DNA of 64,000 nt from Paraspadella gotoi (lineage: Eukaryota; Animalia; Chaetognatha): NCBI GenBank assembly GCA_051294375.1, contig CM119263.1:16346532-16410531 (forward strand). The letters are read 5' to 3'. The notes under the pieces were generated by a model, which was not told the DNA's origin, ran no database searches, and was given only the letters and a program-made list of their open reading frames with translations. The translations under genes and the position numbers were made by a program. Shown here piece after piece: positions 24,473-34,775 of the stretch (position 1 is the first letter of the stretch; the number at the start of each line of letters is the position of its first letter).

Positions 24473-24738
24473 AAATGGATTAACAAAGCACCGACTGGTG
24501 GCACCTAAGGTTGGTTGCGGACGTCGAATTGTAAAGTTACTCGAACAATTAATGTGTCATTATATTAAATACACCGATTCGAGTCATAAAACCCTCTTTT
24601 TTGGAGCTTATCGATATACGGACAATGTCGATGACGAAGAAAGTGGCGTTGAAAGGACGCTGGTAGCTTTTTAGTCATGCGGGTCTCACGGTAAATAGTT
24701 AAGTCGGAAATCCTCGATTTTTCGATTTTTTCGCCAAA

Positions 24739-27700
24739 ATGTGGAAAGCTTTCTTTTTTATCTTAGTTTTGACGACAAAAACAAGTGAGTTTTCTTTTAA
24801 AAAAGATCCATAAAAAATGCTTTAAATTAACTATTTTAATTCATCCGATTTTCTTTTTAAAATTTATTAGAATGTGAATTAAAGGAAATAAATTTCGAGG
24901 AGGAACGAAGACTTGGAGGGAAGGACGGAGCTGATTCAACTTATAGCCTTCAATATGGTGCTTCAAATGCCTTTAACGATGACATCCACGACTACTGGTC
25001 TTCCTCTCGGAAAAGTATTGAGCCTACTCTTTGGTTTGAGTTTTGCCAACCCAGAGTCGTTACCTCCATGATTATTAGAACAAAGTATGACAATTATGAT
25101 GGATTGCTTGTTTATGGTGGAAACGAGGATTGTAAGCTTCCCAAGAGTTTTCTCGTTACGAATAAAACTCTAGAGGTCGGAAGGTACCTCACTATACCCT
25201 TTACAAACATTGGAAAGTTTAAATTTTACTGCCTGAAATTTACAAATACTATTTCTTTCGTTGGTATAACAGTTATTATTTTTAGGCAAGGTTAGTTTTA
25301 CATTTTACTAATGATTTTTAATTTTTAGATTTCCATTAATTATAAATAATGTTTTAATTAATTCGGATCCAGAAAAATTGGAACCCTGCGAGAATGTTCA
25401 AATATTGGAAAGTATTCCTTTGGATTACAGATACATCAAGAAAACTACCCTAACCGCATGGTTAAATGGCTCTGAGTCAGTGAAGAAATTGGAGAGTAAA
25501 ACTGTTATTAAAATCCAATGTGAAAAGCCTCCTCAGTTTATTTGGTTCAAGTTTAATCACTCAGCTCTCCTTCGAGGTTTTTCATTTTCTATACCCGAGA
25601 CTGATAAAGCATATTTAATAACGAAATATTACTTATACGGGAGCAATAATCCTACGTGCAACATTCAAGAGAAAAATCTCATTGAATTCGACGATATAAA
25701 TAAAATAAGGTATTCAGCCATATTTAAAAATTCGAAATCTTTTTTGTGTTACGGATTTGTTTTTGAATCCGTCAACGGAGTTTGTGTCAATGGCATCAAA
25801 GACAAAGAAAATATTCACATATCAAACGTTACTTTGTGGGAAGGTAAGCCTTTGGTGTAAAATTTACCAAAATACGTTTGATCTGTAATTTTCATAAAAT
25901 CCGGTTACAGCTAAAAGATGTTCTCATCTTCCAATCTCCCTTTCTATCCGCTCATGGACCTGCAACGATTCAATATTCATCGACTCCCATTGTAGGCCTC
26001 AATGTCCTCCGGGGATGAAGCCCATCGTCGAAGAGCCTCTTCGTTGCCTCGCAGACGAAAGGTGGAGCCACCCACCCGGACAGGTTTTAACAATTTTTAT
26101 TTCAATGTGGGAAATGGTTTGTGATGAAACGAGGTGAACCTTTTTGGATTTTGATCTCCTATGACTTTGTCTAAAACTATAACTGTTGCAAAACTGATGT
26201 GTAGTATAGTTCATAGTCTTTATCCTATTTTCCTTGACGTCGTTTGTTCCGGAGTTATAAAATATGTCTCACCAACACCATCAGTCTATCCCCTTGTCTT
26301 ACACCGCTCCAGGTCCGTTGCGTCGCCGACCATTCCGGACGCGACGCCGCCGCAATCATCGGAATCCTTTTTCTTTGCGGCATCTGCGTCGCTGGCGTCG
26401 GTCTCACCGTGATGTTCAAACGGCGCCGACGCCCAGCTTTCGAGGAAAAAGGTCGAGAAGGTAAAATGAAATCATTTCTGAGAAAAGATGTCTTCGCAGT
26501 TCTCACTCCTAAGTAAGCTTAGTAAGCATATTTAATTTTAATAATTTATAATTGTAGATAAACTCACACATGGAACTGGTGTTAAATCGCAAGACTTCAA
26601 GTTATTGGGTAAGAGAGAGATGTTGCAAATGATCCCTACGGTGGAGAATGGTAAATTCTTCTCCACGATTATTATTCTCCAGACGCCACGAAAAAAGTCA
26701 CAGGATTCAACAATTCTCATGTTACAGTTACTTCGTCACGCTGCAAAAGTATAAAAACGTTTTATAAATATGTATTTTGCATGTTAAATAATGAATGTAA
26801 ACAATTAAAAATGATAAGCATAGGGTTATGCGAAAACAATATTCGCGCTGAAGAAGGCTCTCATCAGAACCGAAACATGTCCGTTATTTTTGTTTCAATT
26901 TTACCGTTGTTTTTAAACAATAAAACACGTGACTCAAACTTACCAACAACAACGAATCGAAAGAAATTACATTATGCTTTTAGATTGTAGGCAACACTTT
27001 CATAATTTATCAAAGGTTCACCCGAAAAACGCCCGGATTTTTGTCTCGTTTCCTCCGATGGATTCGAGAATAAATTTTTGGAACTCAATACGACGCCTCT
27101 TCCGGATACCACGACCGTCGGTGCCTCGTCCAAAAATTCCAAGAAGAATCGTTTTAAGGTTATTTTCGTCGCCTCTTAAAATATCGACAAAGGAAAAAAG
27201 TAGTCATTTTCAAGGACTCTCTTTCAAGGACATCATCCCTTTTGACGGAAACCGCGTGGTGTTGAATCGCGATGTCGACTTCGCTGCCGACGATGACGAC
27301 GACAGCGACGACGAAATACGAAGTTACATCAATGCCAGTTTCGTCGACGGATTCGATCGACCCGACGCTTTCATCGCTGCTCAGGTTTGTTGTCGATGCG
27401 ATAATTCTTTCACTCAAGTTTCTTTATTTTATTTTTTTCTTTATTCTTTCTTCAAAATTCTTCTTTCTTTAAAGCCGTCCTTGCTTGTAACCCTAGGGAC
27501 CTAAGAGCAACACCGTGGACGACTTTTGGCTGATGATCTGGCAGCAAAACGTCTCGACCATCGTGATGCTGACCAATCTGGTGGAGGGCGGCAAGAAAAA
27601 GTGCGAGAAATATTGGCCTGAAGTTGGTCGCGCAAGGGAGCTGGCCAACGGTTTGAGCCTTAAGTGCCTCAGCGAATCCGTCTACGCCGACTTCGTCAGA

Positions 27701-30020
27701 CGGCTGATGGAGCTGAGGTCGTCGGTTGGCGGACGGGAGGCTCGGAGGAACTCAGGCAGAAAGATCCTTCAACTGCACTTCACTTCTTGGCCGGACAAGG
27801 ATGTCCCCGCTACCCCGATCAAGATGACGGCGTTTCTTCGCTCCTTCGATCGAATCCGCGGGGCAGACGACCGTCGCCGCGTCGTCGTCCACTGCAGCGC
27901 CGGAGTCGGTCGCACCGGCACATTTCTGGCGCTTCACAACCTTGTGCGCCGGACGCAGGCAGAAGGGCTGCCAGTTGAAGTGCTGGGCGAAGTAAGACGA
28001 CTGAGGGAGAAGAGGATGAAGATGGTGAGTCATAGTTGGTGTTCTTTAAAATTTCATCTTTGACTTGAGTTTGGTCGATATAAAAACAATCCCAGGTCCA
28101 GACGCCGGAGCAGCTTCAATTTCTCTACGAGGCTTTGAAGATCTGCCTCAGCAAAAGCCTCGATCCGTTGGAGGTTCGAGATCTGGCACACCTCAATGCC
28201 AAACGTCTCAACGATCTCGTCAACAACATCAGGTAGGATTGGTGGATGTATGGCAACAGCCGGGTTGCCTGTGATGCCCATTGGGATGGGGCATCTCACT
28301 GTTGGCCTTGGTGGCTTCCGACCCTCAGTGACGCCTCCTGTCACTGTCGCGGTTACCTTAGGATGGTCTCTTTTTTCCAACGCAGAGGTAAGTCGTTAGG
28401 AGTGTGGATGGAACGCAACCCCTGGAATGGTGCGTTCGCCCTCTGATCCAATGGTATTGGCTGAACAATGGTGGCCACAGATGTCTGTTTTATTTCGAAC
28501 TTGCATTTTCAACACTTTTAGTAAGTAATTCTTAATAATAAATCTGTTATTTCAAATAAATTATCGGGATCGTCCCCGCTCCCTTTCTCAGACGTCTATC
28601 CCCGATCTCCAATCTCCCTCATCGCCGCGTCTTTTCCTCCCCGGAACACGTCTCCAAGCTCCGCTTCCCGTCCGGACCGTTTCCTCCGGAGTCTGCCCGT
28701 GTCTTCGTGCAGACATTCATCCCTCCAGAGGGCAACACGTTCGTTCACGCTGCCTTCGTCGACTCATATTTCGAGGGCCACGGCCTCCTCGTCGCTCAGG
28801 CGCCGATGACCGCGACGCTGGTTGACTTTTTGGCCGTCGCCTGGGAAAATCGCGTTAGTCGGATCGTCTGCCTCAACGAGGTGATGGTACATAAATTATG
28901 TAATAAAATTGATTAATAATTAAATAATGTTTTATGGGGGTTGCCAATCGATTTGACCTTTCGTTGTGATTACCACCAACGGAATGGGCCCATAGACATG
29001 GTCGACCTTGAGATATGATTGCCGGAACTGCCTAGGGAAATCACGACCACACCTGAACTAAAGAACAGACTATCCTCATCAGATCGACGAAGAGCTCGAC
29101 ATCCCCCGCTATTGGCCGACGAGATCGCAACCGACGTTATGGGTAGGGCCTTTCGAGGCCTCGTTCAAATCAAGCAGTCGTTGGGAAGGCGATTCCGGGC
29201 CGACGGGTGAAGAGGAGTTCGAAACGACGGGCGGTGCAGTTGAGGTGCACAAATTCGCCTTGAAGTTTTCGAAAGAAAAAGATGAGACCGTGGAGGTGAG
29301 AGTCGATGTTGGTGTTATAGAAATTAATCTCTTTTTTTTTGTTTCAAATTAAATTTTGAATATTATTCACGTTTTTTTTTTTATTTATTTCTTCATTTTT
29401 TGACGATCATTTTGACTTTTGTAACTTTTTCATCCCCAACTCTCAACAACTTCCAAATTCACTGCCATTATCCCGCCATGTCCTCAGATCGAAGTGATTC
29501 AGTTCAAAGGCTGGAGTGACCTCGACAAAACTCGAATCGTCAAAGATTCGGTTCCCGAAAATTTCGAGGCTTTCGCGCGACTCCTCTGTTCGGAGGCGGA
29601 AAGTCAGGTCAGCTTTCAACCTATTCGACGTTAAATGTTCACTGTGAATTAGCGCTTTAATTTTGAGTTCACGGAACGGCGCGTATCTCAATCATACATA
29701 CTTATTACTTATTATATTACTTAAATAGTGGCCCATGGATTAATATTTCTCAGTTTTCTCCACAATGTCCCTTTTAGCTCCCGAAGACGAAGCTGCTCGT
29801 CCACTGCCTTGATGGATCGAGCAAGTCCGGCCTCTTCGTCGCCTGCCTCCTCCTACTTCAGAAGACTCGTGAGGACGGCGACGTCGACTTCGCCTGGAGC
29901 GTCTCGTCCGCCAGGGCAGCGCTGCCGGACGCCGTCGATGGCGCCAAGCAGCTCCAGTGCCTCTTCAGCGTGGTCGAGTTTCAACAGCGGGACTTCGCCA
30001 ATTACGACAATTTTAGATGA
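24739..30020 (+). CDS. Receptor-type protein tyrosine phosphatase: signal peptide, two discoidin/F5-8C-like domains, Sushi/CCP, TM, PTP D1 (catalytic), PTP D2 (degenerate)
   Basis: Exons approx. 24739-24784, 24871-25290, 25372-25843, 25911-26083, 26313-26460, 26683-26748, 27016-27158, 27229-27384, 27498-28024, 28097-28232, 28591-28880, 29083-29295, 29488-29607, 29778-30020 splice in phase. D1 motifs: KNRFKDIIPFD, YINAS, FIAAQGP, DFWLMIWQQ, KCEKYWP, WPD, HCSAGVGRTG, MVQTPEQ. D2 motifs: YWP and HCLDGSSKSG. TM segment: IIGILFLCGICVAGVGLTVMF followed by KRRRR. Confidence 0.93.
26844..26884 (+). ncRNA. Minimal type I hammerhead ribozyme motif (Penelope-like element type) in a PTP intron
   Basis: gcg CTGAAGA a ggctct-catc-agaacc GAAAC AT GTC cgt: intact CUGANGA and GAAA cores, stem II, palindromic ACATGT helix III, GUC cleavage triplet and short stem I. 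Confidence 0.75.
28248..28380 (+). repeat. GC-rich structured dispersed repeat (copy 1, PTP intron)
   Basis: Near-identical to the reverse complement of 7795-7933; hairpins gatgccc/gggcatc and cagtgac/gtcactg. Confidence 0.8.
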
Positions 30021-30799
30021 GGAATGACGGGGATATTAACACCCGACGATTTAAAAATTTTACAAAATATTATATTATTTTGTAAAAGTTAAAAGATTTC
30101 ACGGATATTCCTTATTATTTTAAACAATCCATGAGAAAGACGACAAAGTTAAGATTAAAATGGACGATTGTAAAAAAGTCGATAACGATATTAACGATAG
30201 GACAGAAGATGAGTGAAGATTTTTAAATTAATGAAAGTTACGTCATATAATATATTGCAATAGTTTGTTTTGGTGATCATTAACACATTCCTTTTTTTAA
30301 CGCAATCTATTATCAGCAGATGCCAATATTTTCGAATTATTAGAGGTATTAAGAAAAAGAACAAGTTGGAGCAAACAATGTCGGATCTGCCCACGACCAT
30401 TAGCGGTAATTAATTAATAAATTAATTAATTTGATCCGAAATATTTGTTTTTAGGTCTTTTCGTCACTGACCACGACAAAAGAAAAGACGATGATGGCGA
30501 CGACGACAATAATGATAACAATTGACTTGATTGATTGAGTGATTGATTGATTGATTAAATAAATAATTAATCGATAAATAAATTGATTGATTGAATAATT
30601 AATTAATAGATAAATAAATTTATTGATTGAATAATTAATTGTTTGATTAATTGACTGATTAATTAATTGTTTGATTAATTGACTGATTAATTAATTATTG
30701 ATTAATTAATTGACTAATTGATTAATTAACTAATTAATTATTTTATTAATTAATACATCTTGTATTTACATTTAATATAAAAATAAAAAGAAGCTTAAT

Positions 30800-32070
30800 C
30801 AATTAGTGAAACAGGTTTTTTTTTCCATTTAAACTCATTTTCACTCAGTTGATTTCTTCGAAACTTGATTTCCAGCTTAATCACACACTTCCCTACCCAC
30901 ACACAAAATTTCAAGTCAATTGCCCCATCCACTAATGAGTAATTGGAGTTCAAATAGTGAAATATATTTTTTTGTTTTTTCCATTTAAACACATTTACAC
31001 TAGAGCGTTGAAAAATAACAAAATATAACAAATCAAGTGAGGTACATAGCTATTTTAGTGTAATGTAGTCTGTAGAATTCGATGGTGATGACCATTTTTT
31101 TGTATAATTTTATCTTTCTTGTCGGAAATGGCGGTTTTTAATGTTTATAAAATTGTTATAAAATAGTAAAACCATAATAAGTTATGATAAATCAAATTAT
31201 TAAAATTTTAAAAAATTTATATGAGCTTTTGAAATATAAAAATAAAGACTTATAAAAATATTTTGGTAAGTTTTTTTAAAAATTTTATGTTTATAAAAAG
31301 TTAGTTAACTATATTTATTAATAAATATAGCTAACAAACTATTAATAAAATATAAAATTTGTAAATAAACTTACCAAAATATTTATATGGGTCTTTATTT
31401 TCATATTATGTAAGTTAAATATGGCTTTTATAAAATTTTAATAATTTGAGTTTCTTATAGTTATACTCTACAATGTTTGCTCCATTTTAATAGCACCTTA
31501 TATGCTGTAAAAATCGCCATTTCCGACAAAGAAGATGAGACTATACAAAAAAATGGTTATCATCATCGAATTCTACAGACTTTATTACACTAAAATAGCT
31601 ATGTACCTCACTTGATTTGTTATATTTCGTTATTTTTCAACGCCCTAATTTACACTCAGACGATTCCATCGAAACTTGATTTTCAGCTTAATCACACACT
31701 TTCCTACCCACATACAAAATTTCAAGTCAATTGCCCCATCCAAATAGTGAAATATATTTTTTTTGTTTTTCAATTTAAACTCATTTCCACTCGCACGATT
31801 TCATTGAAACTTTATATCCAGCTCAATCACATACTTTCCTACCCTCACAAAAAATTTCATTCCAATCCAACCATCCAATCACGAGTAATTGCTAAGATGG
31901 GACGGACGGACAGAGAGACAGACAGACCGACGGACGGACATAATTTTTTTTGGCATAAATTATCATAATTCGATGTTCTGACATGATAGAAGTGAATGCC
32001 CGACAAGATTGAGGAGGCGGACCGACAGACCGACATAGTGAATTATAGAGTCGGGATCTGACTAAAAAAA
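30800..32070 (+). mobile_element. Helentron/HINE-like non-autonomous repeat, interrupted by the hAT MITE; related ends at 44050-44198 (+) and 19905-20070 (-)
   Basis: Internal tandem subrepeats, a (GACA/GACG)n tract and the shared block atcataattYgatgttctgacatgat...ccgacaagatt...gaccgac. The 44 kb copy ends in the palindrome ccggaatctgc-tgcaa-gcagatccgg followed by an A-run. The family assignment is inference. Confidence 0.55.
31001..31647. mobile_element. hAT-type MITE/foldback (~650 bp) with long TIRs
   Basis: Starts TAGAGCGTTGAAAAATAAC and ends GTTATTTTTCAACGCCCTA. The inverted arms are over 130 bp. Perfect 8-bp TSD ATTTACAC (30993-31000, 31648-31655). Confidence 0.9.
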
Positions 32071-32216
32071 TAAAGCTGCAAACGCAGAACATAATATTTC
32101 CATAAAATATTAACGTTACGAGTGAAACTCGATGGATGAAAAAAAAAGGAAATCTTTCCGTCGAACTCGAAGATTCAAACAATAAAAAAGTAGGAAAATC
32201 CTTTTATCCCAACCAA

Positions 32217-32306
<90 letters not shown>

Positions 32307-32614
32307 TCTCTCTCCTATCTCTCTCTTTCTCTCCCTCTTCCTCTTTCCCCCTGTGTTGTCTCTCATTTTCTATTTTCTTGATTCAAAAGAAAATGTCCAC
32401 ATATTCGCAAGATTTTTTTCATCAGCCTTTTAATAAACGGGGGCAACAAGAAAATCTCTCTCTCTCTCCCTCAAGCGTTTTTATCGTATTCTCCCCGCCC
32501 TCAATATTTATTCGTCGACCTGCGATCCATTAATCGATGACATCCCAAAACTTTTTCATCCATCATCGCGAAAAACAAAATCCGCCCCAAAAGTCATTTC
32601 TCTCCGGTCAACCG

Positions 32615-32721
<107 letters not shown>

Positions 32722-34575
32722 ATTCGCCTGGCAATCTCGCCATTAGTTTCATCAGATCCTTAGACTTAGTATCCACTCTATCCACGGATCTCCAGTTCTT
32801 CAGTCTCCACCCTCTTCCTCTTCTTTTTTTTTCCTTTTTCGCACAAAGCCATCTCATTTCCTTATTTCCTATTTCTCCTTATCTAACCCAACAATGTCTC
32901 TCTTATTGCGAAAATTCCTAGGGAGCCTCGCTTTCTATCCTCGGCGTGATAATGTGATTTCTCCGTTCTTCTCCCATCTCCCTTTCCCTCCCCTTCCTTC
33001 AATCGAGAAAATCACGTTTTCGCTAACGAAAGTAAACTGAAATAAATTCGGTCAAGATTCGACATCCGCGCTTGGATTGGCTTTGGCTGGTGTTGCCTTG
33101 CGTTGGCCCCTAGAGCTTCCATGTCAGAACACTTTTGAAATTTTTAGCTGAGGTAGATTAAACGATGAACATTGTGAGTCTATCCGATGATAGATCAGCT
33201 GACACCTTTGGGTTTCTGTACCGCATGAATTAGTGGCTGAAAGTGGGTGGGTCGTTTCGAAGAAGTTGAAAATCGATTGTCGCTCAAAAGGTCGAGACGG
33301 CCGCTCCCTTCATTGAAACGTTTTTCACTTCCTTCATTCGAATTCCGTCTCAGTCGTCCAATTTTTATCAAAAGTTTCCGCGGGGAAAAAAAATTATTCT
33401 TTTCTGGAATAAAAGAAGCCAAGTTTTTTTTATTTCTCTGGATAGAAATAATAAAAAAAAAGGAATTTGTTGGTCGTCAGCCGAATTTCGATGATTCTTC
33501 ATCGGTGACCTCAGGGAAAACTAGCCGTGTGAACGCGAACGCGAACGCGAACCTACCTATTCTCGTGAAAAAAAAGCTTCTTACTTTTTTTTCTGCCTTT
33601 GTTTGTTCATTTTCCTTTAAAAAAAAAAAGAAAAAACCACTCTTCTATTGTTTACAAATTTCATTTTACATCGTTTCTAACGTTCAATTCTTTTCAATTT
33701 TCACGATAAAATATTAAACTGGTTCAATTAACAGAGATTACCAATTTCCGCTTCCTTCCGGAGACTCATCCTTCCCTCCTCATCCCGTCCTTATTCTCCC
33801 AATGTCCTTCTTTCCTCAATTTAATTCCTTAGCTCCTCCCGGCCTCAGTACAATTTTTTTTTAATCGATTCCCGCGGCGGTCAATGAAAAAATTTCGATA
33901 AAATTGTTATTAAATTGTTTTTTTTGGTTTTTTTTTTTTGCAGATTGCGGCAATAAATTGGGTGGGAAAGGACGGAACGTTGAGCTTTATGGTGGGCTAT
34001 GGATTGGTTGGGAAGACTAGGTAAAAATAATTGGGTCAATTGTAATCGATATAAAAGGGCGAAACGAATAAAGGGTTTGAAAAAAGAGTTATAAATTAAC
34101 GATTACGAAAGAATTTATTACAAAAACGGAGAGTTTGGTTTGCCGGTAGTGGTGACCGGCGATGACTATGAGGGACCGCCGATAAATTCAATGAAATCGA
34201 CGGCCACTAAATATGAGCGATAATTAATTGGCGCCTTAACAAATTGGTAGGAGTAGTAAAGACGAAATTAAATGTTTAATTAAATGAGAAATTGGTGGGG
34301 GGGGCCGTTTGGAAAATTGGAAAGACGGGTGGCAAGAAAAATGATTAATAGAAAATGGATGTTAAAAAGGGAAATTGAGGCCGGGAACCCACGATGGGAG
34401 ATATGTGGATGTCTGACCGAGCGGATATTTTAACATTACATTCTCTGTAATTTGTATCACACTTGTAAACGATTATTATCGTTAGAATAAAAAGGTCGAC
34501 GTTTTGGTGTTTAGCTTTATTCAGAGAGAAAGCAGAGTGAAACAGATCGTTTATAGAATTACCAAATAACCTTTT

Positions 34576-34629
<54 letters not shown>

Positions 34630-34704
34630 CAAAAGAACAATACATTAATAATAGTTATCAATTGACTAAATATGTTGAACTTTATGATATCAATTTGTTA
34701 TTAC

Positions 34705-34775
34705 GCCCGATGGCGTAATGGTAACGATTGAGACTTCGACCTCTAAAGTCACGAGATCAAATCCTGTCTCCTTTT
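34705..34775 (+). pseudogene. Degenerate tRNA(Arg-TCG)-like relic or SINE head
   Basis: A-box TGGCGTAATGG, anticodon-loop-like gacTTCGac and B-box-like gagatcaaatcc; the stems are poorly paired. Confidence 0.4.

Noticed and set aside
33148-33190. let-7-like seed TGAGGTAG in a small hairpin
   Set aside because: The hairpin is only ~40 nt with almost no loop, and the sequence 3' of the seed does not match let-7 family members.
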